This document shows, piece by piece, positions 25,812-39,452 of a DNA stretch of 64,000 nt. Below the pieces are notes generated by a model that was not told the DNA's origin, searched no databases, and worked only from the letters and a program-made list of their open reading frames with translations. A program made the position numbers and the translations under genes. Source of the stretch: Octopus vulgaris (lineage: Eukaryota); the NCBI GenBank assembly GCA_951406725.2, contig OX597817.1:84320001-84384000 (forward strand), read 5' to 3'. How positions within the stretch are numbered: the first letter of the stretch is position 1; the number at the start of each line of letters is the position of its first letter.

Positions 25812-28546
25812 TATTGCGGGTTGTTTTTTTATCATGCTAACAGAAAATCACCACGAACAGATTTTCGTTTGGTAGGTTTATATGGAAGGCACTAATATTA
25901 GGGAATAAAAGTGTTCATCAATTAGTTATACACATTTGCTGATGCTGTTGATAAAATTATCTTCAAGAAAAAATTCTGTTAAATGGCTTCCTTTTAGTTT
26001 CTGGTCGGTATGAAAATTTAACTCGTTGCTGAAGGTTAATAAAACACTAATTCATACTAATTCAACACCATTTAACTGAACCAATAGACAGTCGATGTGA
26101 CCATCACGTAATTTTACATAACTGGAACTTTATTTCCTAATGTTATTTTATTTCTTTATGGTGGAGGAGTGTTATTTGTGGATAAATCTGGCTGCTGTTT
26201 CTAACAGATCAATCAACCACGTCTCTCCTCCCTCCATTGACTTGGATATGTTTATTTATCTAGATTTTCCGCTTCAACACAATTTTATACCGATGTCGAG
26301 ATTTGAACTATCGACCTTTTGAACCACAATGTGACACTTGAATGTCATTGTGATACACTGTAGATATTGTTAACCCCCAACTCATCAAATAAAAACAATA
26401 TTTGTTAATATCACTGTAATCTGTAAACTTAACTCTGTCTACGGTACCATAGTGCGACAATTTAATCCAAATTGTGATAGGGTTTCAAACGCTTCTGGGG
26501 GACGGTTTCTTAGATTAATATTGTAAATGTTTTTGCATACATTCCGTTTCTCTATCACCGATTTTTTTCTGTAAAAATATAACATTTTTCATAACCTGAA
26601 ACATTTACGTTATCTGTTTTTGTCAGCACTTTATTTATAGATCCCGTGAAGCTGTAGGATATTTTTATCGGAAATGTGAATATGCATTTCTTAAAATCCT
26701 ATAGCATAATCTATTCTTATCTAGCAAGCAGATATGGAGTAGAGATAAATTTTGTGTTGGTGAAAGGCTCAAAGGCAGAATCTGCAGCCATATTTTAAAT
26801 GTAGCAGCAGATCAAAAATAAAGCCTCAATGAGCCGAGGTCGCAACCTCATTTCCATTTTCAATGAAACTCTTTTTATCACTTCATATACACTACTATGA
26901 TCTTTAAAATGGCATATACTTGTCTGTAATATTGAAGACTTTTGTATATTTATTACATACTTGTTGGCTTTCAAATTAATCCCCATCAAGTTGAAATAAG
27001 GACACAGTGGGTAAAACATTTACATAAAACCCATAAATTAATACACAATATCGAGTTCTCTATACCTTCACCAGGCCCCGAACCGGATATGAACGCTCTT
27101 AGCTAGCGAAATCTTAATTCTCAATACTTTAATAGTACTAGATGGCAGAATCAGTAGCACCTTGTAACATCGCATTATTCGTTCATATCCCTTTTACGTT
27201 GTGAGTTCAACTCCTGTCCGGATCAACATTGCTATTAATTTACAAAGAAAGAAATATAAGTAATTGTAACGTACTGCAAATTGATTTCATTAATTATCTT
27301 CCCTCATCTACAAATTATGTTTATGTTAATGTAAGGAATTATGTAAATATTGAGCCACTGACAGTGATAATTTCTTTCTTTCTAAACATTGAACTAAGAA
27401 TAATGAACGGCTAAGAATAATGAACAATAGCAAAGTACTTTGGCTATAAACAATGAATTTCTACTTGTTTTCTACTTGTCTGACATTCACTACCAACTCA
27501 GCTATCTTACATATATTTATATCTGCGTGTGGCTATTTTAATCTAAATAAGACGTCTGTTGATGGAATCGTCAGAATGTCGGATAGATTGCTTTGTGATA
27601 ATTGTTTCGGCTCTCAGCGCGCTGATATTAAATCCATCCCCCCAAGTCAACCCTGCCTCGATAAATAAAGTACCAGTGATGTGCTGGGGTTCAATCATTC
27701 ACTCACTCACTCTCTCTCTCTTTCTCTCTTTCTCTCTCTCGCTCTCTCTCCTGAAAGAAATTGGCTGTGATCTAAGGAGAAGGACGAGTTCCACCATGTC
27801 TAAAAAATGTACCCAAGACACGCTCCACGTCACAACGGCGACGCTACATCTCCATCAAGGAATTAACGGCTCGTGGTATAACATTTTAATTTATGCCATA
27901 ATTTACAATATTATTTTAAATACAGTTTCGTTTTTTCACTTCAATAAATAATTACTTTAAGCCAGGAATTTGCCAAGATAGAGATTGCTGAATTTATCGC
28001 CATCTATGTCTCATACAAAATGTATATACAGGATTCAAAAACTTTTATCAGATGTTTACCCCATCCAGCACCTACACGAGCGGCGGCTATCTGAAATCAT
28101 ATGAAAGAGACTTTCTCCAGTAGAAACATAAGAGAAAAGAGAAATCGGAGGGTTTACTTCCATCTCGAAGAATAAGGGAAGAATATAGTGGTTGATATTA
28201 CATTTATTTCATGGTTTAAATTAATTTGTTTGTATTTATATCATATTCTTTCGTTCGGTTATGATTAAGTGAATGTAGAGTTTATTATAGTGTGTACGTT
28301 ACATAATAGACATAACTATATCATTGATCTCTCCCATGTCTACATGCATGTTTAATTTGTCACCAACACGTTGTTGAAACAATTGTAAACCATGTAATAA
28401 ATTTTATACCAGGTACTTCATCCTTCACTTATATATATACATATATACATATATATACATATACATACATATATATATTAGAGAGAGAGAGCATGCGTGT
28501 GTGTGTGTTATTGATCATGACCAATAACACTTCAGATATAGTGGCT

Positions 28547-28773
28547 AGAGAGTTGGCAGAAACGTTAGCACGCCGGGCGAAATGTTTAGCAGTATTTCGT
28601 CTGTCGCTACGTTCTGAGTTTCAATTCCGCCGAGGTCGACTTTGCCTTTCATCCTTTCGGGGTCGATTAGATAAGTACCAGTTACGCACTGGGGAGATAT
28701 AATCGACTTAATCCGTTTGTCTGTCCTTGTTTGTCTCCTCTGTGTGTAGCCCCTTGTGGGCAGTAAAGAAATA
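28547..28773 (+). mobile_element. SINE family B, full length
   Basis: Matches 21341 and 56785; flanked by direct repeat agatatagtggctaga. Confidence 0.92.
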
Positions 28774-29599
28774 AGATATAGTGGCTAGAAGTGATGGTAA
28801 GATTCTGACTAGATATAATCATTATATAGAATAATATAATGTAGAAAAATGTATTCATTATATTACTCATTACTCATACTGAGTATACTTTTCGTTTGTA
28901 TGCATATGTGCGTGTGTGTGTACGTGAGTATGATACGCGCATGTACTTGCATGTATACAGATGAACACACCTAGTGGTGAAACTGAGCGTCATCGAAAAC
29001 CTTGAAGCCAACTAAACTTTGAGAAATTGCTAATATAAATGTTTGAAATTCAATTTATAAGTATGAATAAATATAATTCTGAAATAAGATTTCTAAAAAT
29101 CCTGTACAATATTTTGCGACGCAAAAGCTTTACCAAAAGAACTGAATAAAAATTGAAAAAATTATTATTTTTCATATTCAGAATGCTTCTATCAGAGATC
29201 AGGTAACATACTAAAATAGTAATTCAATCATATATATTAAAATAGAGCTAGTATCAAAGTAATAGTCCCAATACTCATGTTTCTCATTCGAAAATACTGG
29301 TAGTTCCAAAAAACATGCAGGAACCTTCATTAAGAAATAATTAAGGAAAAGTTCTGTAATTTAAACTCTTCATCTTGATGGATGTGGAGGATACCGGTGC
29401 TTGAGGTGGCTGTTCAGAGCAAGTGGGGTATAGGGTATCCAGAGACACCCATGATTTAATGTTATTGTTACACTTCCTACAGCATCTAAACCGAGTGCAG
29501 CAAACGCTAGACATTAGCCGAAACGTAAACAATAGGAAATCCATAGATACGATAATAATGAAGGTATATAATTCTGGTCCCTCTAACGTAGGTATAATT

Positions 29600-30050
29600 A
29601 ATAAGGAAAAATATTTGTAGTTATGGAAAAATAAAATCTGCCCCTTAAATGTTTGATGGAATTTTTAGTATACTGACGTAAGATTACGCCAAAAGGAAAA
29701 TTCGCACTTCCATATTGGTTCATGCTCGACAAACCTCAGGGCGAGACTGGCAAACCTTTTAATTTCGCTTAAGGAGACGGGAAATGCATAACACTAGCTT
29801 GGATACGTTCGTCTAGTCCCTTAAAGATAGAAACGCTAACTTTAGCACAGGAAAATAATTAGCATGAGAAATAATTAGCGTAGCTGCATCTTATGTAACA
29901 ACGGAAAAGATGAAACTTGTGCATAGAGGAAATATTACATATGTTCACATCTAAAGAACAGTTGCTTAGCAGTGGACAAGAACAAGCCTTAAGAGGCTCA
30001 CACCAACAAAGGACTTTCTAATACTTTTATGCAAGTGAGGTATAAGTTAC
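29600..30050 (+). mobile_element. Highly degenerate PLE GIY-YIG fragment
   Basis: CPLN..HIGSCSTNLRARLAN..NTSL..SLKDRN..EIIS..LCIEE in shifting frames. Confidence 0.55.
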
Positions 30051-30983
30051 TATCCTCCACGCAAATAGGAAGTATCTTAGTTTACTGGGTAAATATCAGG
30101 GTAAAACCAAGTTTAACTTTCACATAGCAATCGATATTCTCATTAAATTAAACTATCTTTTTAATAAATTACAGCAACGCATATAGGACGTAGAAACTGC
30201 ATATAACCTAACAGTTGATGATCCAGAGAAAATTTCGAACTGCCTTAAAAAGTAAGTTCTTCATACCACATATATTAAATTAAATTTAATAGAATTTGAT
30301 TTGATTTAATCTAATTTAGTAGCTTGTTATTGTATAAAACATCGGAAAATCACAAACTCAGATTCAAACCAAAAATAGATTTTGACCTACAGAAAGTTCT
30401 AGGACTCTCATTTGGAACTTAAACCTAAGGTTGGGATGAGGTCAAGCACATAGTAATTTCTAAAGACATGTCAAGTTTCTAAATCTCCCCTTACTTTCTT
30501 CGTTTTTTTCTTTCAAAAACCATAATTGCTTAGCAAAATAAAGTTAGCCACACAAAAATACACTCGGTTCACTTCGGACTACTTCTGGGAACAGACCTTC
30601 AATAAAGTTGCATAGACGAAAATAATTGGATCCAAATGCAACTGCTAGATCTCTAGGCAGCAGAAACACGTGTTGGTCATATTTAAACAAAATATGCTGT
30701 ATAAATGACTGAATTTTTTTTTAATAGGTACATTTAGTAATCTCTGTATTCATTGTTATTGTCTTCGATTTAGACTTCGGAAAATATTCATAAGCTAGAG
30801 AAGTGAACCAAAGACTTACACATCGGATGATTTCCAGTGGGATTGCTTACCCTAAGTAATCCTAGGTGCTCCTTATAACACGATGCGCTTAGCCTTAACC
30901 TGGATCGTAATTGAGGGACCGCATGGTATTTTCCTAGATTATTAGAAAACATATCCCTAAATAAGCATCGTATTTACATATAA

Positions 30984-31061
<78 letters not shown>

Positions 31062-31189
31062 ATATAACAAGATGGAAAAATAACACTCGAATACCAAAGG
31101 CAGTGCTAGGTACTGTTTCATTAGACCTGAAAAGAAATTGATAAACTGTTACATGTTTCAAGTGATTGTTCGTAGGACAGTTATGATAA

Positions 31190-31231
31190 TTGTCTGACGA
31201 ATGGCCGGCCAAGTGAAACTCTGTGTAACAG
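31190..31231 (+). ncRNA. Type I hammerhead motif
   Basis: UUGU-CUGACGA-A-UGG-CCGG-CCA-AGU-GAAAC-UCUGU-GUA-ACAG; a degenerate inverted copy lies at 31146-31180. Confidence 0.6.
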
Positions 31232-31246
31232 CTTGTAAAGTATATT

Positions 31247-31523
31247 CACTTTACTCTTTAACTTGTTTCATTCATTTAACTGCGGCCAGGCTGGAGCACC
31301 GCCTTTAGTCGAAGAAATCGACCTCAGGACTTATTCTTTGTAAGCCTAGTACTTATTCTATCGGTCTCTTTTGCCGAACCACTAAGTTACAGGGACGTAA
31401 ACACACCGGCATCGGTTGTCAAGCGATGTTGGGGGAGGGACAAACACAGACACACAAACACTCATACATATATCCATATACATATATACGACGGACTTCT
31501 TTCAGTTTCCGTCTACCAAATCC
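31247..31523 (-). mobile_element. SINE family A, 5'-truncated
   Basis: Matches the tail and body of 42677. Confidence 0.9.
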
Positions 31524-32200
31524 CTTTTTAGGCAGTAAGTCTTATTGCTATTTTTTAATTTGTTAATATAAATGGCCAAAGAATTTCAATTTTTTTACTC
31601 CTTATTTACGAATGAATTTACATGCACTCTATACCTGACTTTGAAATTCGTGATACTCCCAATATACACTTTTTTAGACTCTTTTAGAGTGCTTACTTTA
31701 CATTTATACACCACATTATTGCCTAAGCACTGACCATCTAAAGGGCAGACATTTCGGGAACGACAGTTACAAAGTCTTTCCTCGAAACCATTCATTTCTT
31801 TACTATGTCCCACTTTACTACCATTACCATCAGCCTTATTTCGTAGTTTAAGTCTATTTTCTGTAGTTTAAGTCTATTTTCTGTAGTTTAAGTCTATTTT
31901 CTGTAGCAATGATCGACCCTAAGTTCGACGTTGTGGAATAGGCAAGTTTCAAGGATGTTTCATTTAAAATAGAATGATATTTATGCGCCAAGGGGAAGTT
32001 CTTTTCAATTAACTTAAAACATCTTAGGCAGGTTCTTAACCTGTAGGGAAAATGGGGGAAGGAGGTAAACCAAATAATGTCTCGTCTCCGTGATCGTTTT
32101 TTACAAGATTCCTTGTTCAAATTAAGGCTCCCTGCACCATTATGATTTAAATACTTATTTATTTCTCCTATTGTATCTATATTGTAGCCTGATTTCAAGA
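31523..32200 (-). mobile_element. PLE linker + GIY-YIG N-terminal part (inverted segment)
   Basis: RRRDIIWF, NFPLAHKYHSILN..LKLAYSTTSN, CNCRSRNVCPLDGQCLGNNVVYKCKV..VYIGS..FKVRYRVH. Confidence 0.9.
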
Positions 32201-32249
32201 GGACCCATGTCGTGCGGGGCATCTATATTTAGATCGTACATGTTTGGAA

Positions 32250-32900
32250 TATTTGGAAGCAATAAGACATACTCCTTAAAATGGTCAATTATAGCTGAGT
32301 ATACTCCATATAAAACTCACATAAAAGTCTGTAAATTATGTTTCAAGGAAGCTATTAATATATTACGAACTGACAGGCAATTATTACTTAATAAGATCTC
32401 TGAGGTTTTGATCTGACACCGACAAAAGCTTCTTTCAGCTTTTAAATTTTTTCAATTAAATAATAAATATATATGCTGATTAAATAAGAAATATATATCT
32501 AGCTTTTGACTCACCCTGGATGTTTTTCGTGCATATGACTTAGATCAACTATAAATAAACAATTTCTTCTGTCTTTAGTAGTCATACAATATGAAAGTTT
32601 ATTTTATGTTCGGGCACTCCGGATTTTTTGAAATTTTAATACTTATTTACAATCTTTACATCACTGTTTAGAATTCGAAAGTTTTTTAAAAATTTGAAAC
32701 GATTTTATAACTACGAATCTCTGATGAAGGAAATGTGATTACCGAAGCTGAAAGGATGTATCAACCTCTTCACACATTCCCTGAAACGGTCGTAAGATGT
32801 TTTTCATTTAATTTAATTCATTGGAGGATTCTTTTAAATGACTGTCATCTTATCTGCTCGTGACTTTTAATTCAATTGTATATATTCATCTGTATATGTA
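32250..32900 (+). mobile_element. PLE GIY-YIG C-terminal part and 3' UTR/pLTR
   Basis: SNKTYSLKWSIIAEYTPY..CKLCFKEA..LLNKISE..HRQK. Confidence 0.85.
32717..32798 (+). ncRNA. Type I hammerhead ribozyme motif in the PLE 3' region
   Basis: AUCU-CUGAUGA-AGGAAAUGUG..CACAUUCCCU-GAAAC-GGUC-GUA-AGAU. Confidence 0.75.
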
Positions 32901-33074
32901 TGTGCATGCTGTCATCCAACCTTGATATCGAATAGAATTGTATGAAGAAAAATATACGTGCTATAATAGATACATATGTATATATAACGTTATGCTCCCG
33001 GCCTGAATATGTGTTGGCTTTGACCAGGAATAACTTGATACTTGAATCTTTCTTCCTTTATTGAATTTTGAAAT

Positions 33075-33108
<34 letters not shown>

Positions 33109-33343
33109 GGAGAGAGGGGGTACATGTATACATATGTCTATATATATATTATATATATGTGTGTGTATATATATATACATCTATACATACATGTACACAT
33201 ATATTATTTTATATATACACATGTTTATACATATCTTAAATATTGATTTAAATATATATATATATATATATATATACAATATATATAGATGAATGCATAT
33301 ATATAATATATTATATATTATATAATGTATATATATATATATA

Positions 33344-33377
<34 letters not shown>

Positions 33378-33809
33378 CATACTTACATGAATATTGCATA
33401 TTACATATTACTATGTTAATGTAGTCCACCAATTGTTCTAAAAATCATTCATTGTATGTAGATTTACCCTCTTTTCTTTCCTACTTATACAAGCACTATT
33501 AATAAATTCGTGACTAGCAATAGGTTACTGATGGTTATTTAAATGGAAATATGTAAAGAAGATGTGATAACTCTGGGGAAAATATGTATGTGTGGAGAAG
33601 TGGGTGTCGTTAGCTGATAGCAATAGCATGAATGTTTAATATACATGTCTTCAAATATGAACAACTTACTAATAACTTTATATTAGTTTGTCTCATATAT
33701 ATATATATATATATATAAAATTTGAAAGTAATATTACACACACACACACTCACACACATATATATATATATATATAAATTTTGAAAATAATATTACACAC
33801 ACACATGTG

Positions 33810-33860
<51 letters not shown>

Positions 33861-33908
33861 ATGTGTGTGTGTGTGTGTGTGCGCGTGTGTGTGTGCGCGC
33901 GTGTGTGT

Positions 33909-34202
33909 GGAGGCCCAGTGGTTAAGGCAGCGGACTCGCGGTCGTAGGATCGTGGTTTCGATTCCCAGACCGGTCGTTGTAAGTGTTTATTGAGCGAAAA
34001 CACCCAAAAAGCTCCACGAGGCTCCGGCAGGGGTGGTGATCCCTGCTGTACTCTTTCACCACTCTTTCTCCCACTCTTCCTTCTGTTGGCCTACTCGCTT
34101 AGACAGCGGGGTGGCGTCATTCGAAGGCTAAAACAATGCGAACGCATTGTGACCAGCGATGTGTAACAACATCTGATGGTCTGGTCGGTCACGTGATCAC
34201 GT
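33909..34202 (+). mobile_element. SINE family C, full length
   Basis: tRNA-like head; tail ggtcacgtgatcacg; matches 46519. Confidence 0.9.
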
Positions 34203-34225
34203 TATATATATATATATATAATACT

Positions 34226-34433
34226 GCTTTCAAATTTCGGCACAAACTCAACAATTTCGAGTGAGGGCTAAGTCGATTAGATCGACTCCAGTGTTTAACT
34301 GGTAATTATTTTGTAGACCCCGAAAAGATGAAAGGTCGACCACGGCGGAATTTGAACTCAGAACATGAAGACGGAAGAAATACCGCTAAGCATTTTGCCC
34401 GGCGTGCTAATGATTCTTCCAGCATGCCACCTT
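34226..34433 (-). mobile_element. SINE family B, diverged
   Basis: Body and head match 21341. Confidence 0.85.
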
Positions 34434-34461
34434 ATGATGTAATGTAATGTATGTTTAGTAT

Positions 34462-34750
34462 ATGCGCATGGCCTAGTGGTTAGAGTGTTGCACTCACAAT
34501 TACGTGATTATGGGTTCGATTCTCAGACCGGGTTCGCGTTTTTCTCTTGAGCAAGTACTTCACGTCACATTGCTCTGCGATCATTTCGCCATCTGACGTG
34601 TGGCATATTTGTGCACCCGTATAGATGATATTGGTTTTGTGGAAGGAGGGAGTTTATGTAAACACGAACACTTGATAACTATAAACAAATCATGTGTGTG
34701 AAAGAAATTTCAGAACCTTCGTTCCTCGTCTAACGATCCGAGAGTCCATT
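34462..34750 (+). mobile_element. SINE family C-related variant
   Basis: gcgcatggcctagtggttagagtg..ggttcgattc; related to 22603. Confidence 0.75.
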
Positions 34751-35049
34751 ATACATACTTAGTTTTAACTATCAGAAAAAAAGAATACTCAGTACCATGG
34801 TAGAGATTGATACTTTATTTTAGCTGTTATTCTCTTGCTACTCTAATTGTAGCACAATATGTCTGAAGATCTTTTGCACCTACGGGTGAGACACAGAGTA
34901 GCAAGAGACTGGTTCGACCGAAATAAAATATGTATATGCGTGCGTCTAAGTGTGCGCGCGTGTGTGTGTGTGTGTGCATGTATGTGTCTCTTATCTTTTA
35001 ACAAACATCACCAAAACACACAAAAATAAAGAAGCAATATAAGTAGCTT

Positions 35050-35240
35050 TTTTTCATCTTTTATCTTTTATTTGTTTCAGTCACTATACTGCGGCCTTGC
35101 TGGAGCACCGCCTTGATGAGTTTTTAGTCGGATAAATCGACCCCAGTCCTTTTTTAAAGCTTAGCATTTATTCTATCGATATCTTACACACCAACACTGG
35201 TTGTCAAGCGATGGTGGAGCACAAACACGGACACGAAGAT

Positions 35241-35328
<88 letters not shown>

Positions 35329-35440
35329 GATGGGCTTCTTTCAGTTTTCGTCTACCAAGTCCACTCATAAGGCTTTGGTCGGCTCGAGGCTATAGTAGAA
35401 GGCACTTGCCCAAGATGCCCCACAGTGGGACTGAATCCTC
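35050..35440 (-). mobile_element. SINE family A, diverged
   Basis: Tail and body match 42677. Confidence 0.85.
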
Positions 35441-35589
35441 ACCAATCGTACTTAATATATATGAACCACAAGAGTAATTTTCTCTCCAACACTAAATCAA
35501 TCCCTCAAGTAAATAGAAATATTTAGCGAGTGCATTCTCGATGCTCATAACCTTAAAATAGGAGTACTACGAGGCTGGAAATAATGAAA

Positions 35590-36800
35590 TATTGTGAGTA
35601 ATTACTCGGACACCATTGTAAACAGATTGGTTTTATATCATGGACTCTTAAACGCGCATTTCCAATTTGTTTTTCCTGAAAGCCTTCTATCTCGGAAGAG
35701 AATTTACTACAATAAGGGAACTAGATGTCAGTTAATAATGAAAACCAGATGCCAGTTAATAAAGAATATCATCCGTGACGATAGTTTCTATTTCAAAACA
35801 GGAGATCAACATTCTGTTCGATGGAGATCTGTGGTAGAAGTGAGATAACCGATCCTGTGGAATTGTTTATGTACGGATGTGACAACTTAAACTTCTCATT
35901 CAATATAAACTGTTATGCCATGAACATATTTTGAAAGATTACAATAGGTAAATTTAAGAAGTTTCGTTTAAACATAAATATCAGCATTAACCTAACCATA
36001 GACAACTTCCTTAACATAACTCTGGTGGTAATTAGGAATCTTGTGGCAAGGATATGCAAGAAAATGTTTTATCAATATTCGGATAGAAACATCTCTAACA
36101 AGGACCCTTTTACTATAAGGTTGGGCAAGCTAGAAGAAGCTTCAATGTAATGCTACTGTACGGGGTAAACACTGCCGTACCAGAATAGGACCAGGAAGAG
36201 TAAGATAATTTGATGTTATTTATTGTATAGGATGGTTGCTACGAGGATACCTAGAACGTTCTAGCTCAACTAAAAAATTCTTTCTACCGACACAGAAACA
36301 CAATAAACTTGCACAAAACTTATAACGTTACAAAACTCTTAACATTTTGATTAAATTTTCCATCCCCCAAAAATATCTTAACAGCCAACGTGTAATATTC
36401 AAATCAAAAGCCGTTACTATCAAACGCTACTCATTTACTGTGGTCCCAATTGGCCTGGAAGCTCAGTGATCAAGAATCTAAATGTCTTCTAATTCTACAA
36501 AACACTGTTGACAAAGTCACTCAATGTTTCAATTTATCATGAAGCAGCAGGCTTTGACAAAATGGAAAGTACTATTAAAGCAGTCAGCGTCATGTCTCAA
36601 CCCAAAGTCAGATGAGTTTTATAACTGCCACCATCGGAAGAGATTGTTTCTAAGCAGCTTAAGCACACCAGAAAATCAAGACCTATTCGCTCATATGTAC
36701 AGCTATCACAACTAAGAGCGTTGCGAAGAGTTTTCTCCTGATGATCGAAGCAGTTCAACCAGCTATGTATGTGATCTGTTACACTTTATTCCCCATATAT
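35590..36800 (+). mobile_element. Highly degenerate PLE remnant
   Basis: FLNITL-like RT motif (~36007), KWKVLLKQSAS..NPKS (GIY-YIG C-terminal part), CTGATGA at 36738. Confidence 0.45.
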
Positions 36801-36944
36801 TGTCTCACTGATTGCATGTATCACTAACGTATGTGAAATTTATGAAAGAATTAAATCAATCGTAAAATCATTCAATTCACAATAAATGTAGACTCTAAAT
36901 CGTGTATTGTGTTTTCTTTTCTTTTTGATAGATTGAAAGATAAA

Positions 36945-36992
<48 letters not shown>

Positions 36993-37279
36993 TGTGAGTT
37001 AGTGTATACATAGATGCGCGTGTGTGTTATTTATGTTTCTATATTGCCGTATTGAGAAAGTTAAAGAGCACAACAGAGGAAGCGTGTTTAGAGCAGCATG
37101 TGTTCATTTATAATCTGAAAGAGAAACCTGGGAAGAGAATTCGTGTTATTTTAACAAATTTCTTGCTTTAGTATCTAAAGATCACAGACTATATATTTTC
37201 TAAATATAGAAAGAAAAGAAGACTGGAGAGTTTGTTTTGAAAATATTTACTTATAATATAACGGCCTAACACGTAAACA

Positions 37280-37314
<35 letters not shown>

Positions 37315-37372
37315 CATGTACATACATATACATACATATACATATACATACATATATATACACACACACACG

Positions 37373-37492
<120 letters not shown>

Positions 37493-37535
37493 CTTTCTTT
37501 TCAACCCTTGATATATATATATATGTGTATGTATG

Positions 37536-37588
<53 letters not shown>

Positions 37589-37701
37589 ACACACATACAC
37601 ATATACATATAATGCCCATCCATTCAATAGTATGCTGTGATGCAGTGCAATTATATTTTCGACTGAGATTTTATAACAATATTCCAACATATATGTGTGT
37701 G

Positions 37702-37773
<72 letters not shown>

Positions 37774-39396
37774 TGTGTGTGTATGTATGTATATATGTAT
37801 GTATGTATACATATACGTACATATTGGTGTATGTGTTTGTGTGAATAAAAAAAATTACTAAATATATGTTCCGGTTTTGACCCTAATGCTCAACACTTGG
37901 GGAAAATATCTTCTACCGCAGCATCATCATACACACCTATAGCTTGTGGGTGGAATTTGGTAGAAACCCGGCATATATATGTATGAGATGTGCGTATATA
38001 TGTGTGTGCGTGCATGCGAGCCCAAACGTGCAGGTGTGTGTGTGTGAGAGAGGGAGAGAGAGAGAGAGAAAGATAGACAGACAGAGAATGTGTGTCTATG
38101 TACGTGTATCTTTCTGTGAAGGATAAAAACATCGACGAAAAACTGGTGCTTTTAGGCACGGGTTAAGGTTAGCATTTACTTTCTTTTCCAGCACTCAGTG
38201 AGACATAGTTGCGTTAACTGCCTGCCATCATTCTGTTTTATCACGAATAATAATATGCGGCCGAAGTTGACTAATACAAACCTAACATCTAGAAGCCATC
38301 TTGAATTTGTCGCAAATCTTATTAATCTTTTCTAGTTAACTGTCGTAACGTTAAAGCGTATAGAACTGAGTGTCAAACTGTTATTAAATAATGTTTGTGT
38401 TTGTGTGTATGTAACCTTAAGCCAAGTTGAAATAAAATATATTTCAAGAGATATATCAAGCTGTAAAGGCTTTTCACTACAGTTTCTCATGTAGAGAAAA
38501 TTCTCGCTGAAGGCAAAAACGTGTTAAACCATCAGTCAGCCCAGAGCGACCTGCATTAGATTGAGGGATGTGACCTGCATTAGATTCAGGGATGCATTTC
38601 AAATGGTTTTGTACTCTTCAGTACCTGTTAGTCTTAAACGAGACAAGATTCTTATCAGTTCGGAGTTGCTCCTTTTGGCATCTGGCGCTGAAAAGAGTTC
38701 GATATGCATACATCGGTAGAAAGAGAGTGCTGAAACCTGAACCATGTGGTTCAGAAGAAACCACACAGACACTCCTGTATATACATATAATCATACATAC
38801 ATACATACATACATACATACATACATACATACATACATACATACATACATACACACATAAGCATATTTCTAAATAGAAAGAGGGAGAGAAAGAAAACAGA
38901 GAGAGCTAGAAAATGCGTGCGAGAGAGGGACAGATACAATGATGCAAGCTTTATCGTGTGTGGTATCCCAAGAAATAGCATTCCTACATATAGTCGTCTG
39001 CCTAATAATATGTTGCCAATGAAATAGCTAAAGTTCTCCAAGTAAAATACTGGAATGAGTTGTAGTTTAATTAGTACTAGCGTAGGTCGTTGATTAGGAG
39101 ATATTACTTTATGTGGTCTTCTATGCCAATGCAAATGCAATGAGCATGACGCTATTTCGCCATAAACAATCTTATATGTTCACTAAGTATTATTCTGTCC
39201 ATTTATCTCTCTAACTTCTATTTTCCAGCCGTAGATCCATTTGCAATTTGCAAAGATAAATAGAAAGTAGCTACAATTAGTAGACTACGTTCGCGATAAA
39301 CAGTCACGGCACTTTTAATCATACTTGCGTCATATTCTTACGTACATATATATCTATATATATCTATCAATCTCTCCCTGTCTATATCTCTCTATC

Positions 39397-39452
<56 letters not shown>

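Noticed and set aside
26700-27020. Possible exon or signal-peptide-like ORF
   Set aside because: Stops in the candidate frames and no recognisable family
34855-34930. CUGAAGA followed by a hairpin
   Set aside because: GAAA is not adjacent to the stem and there is no stem I
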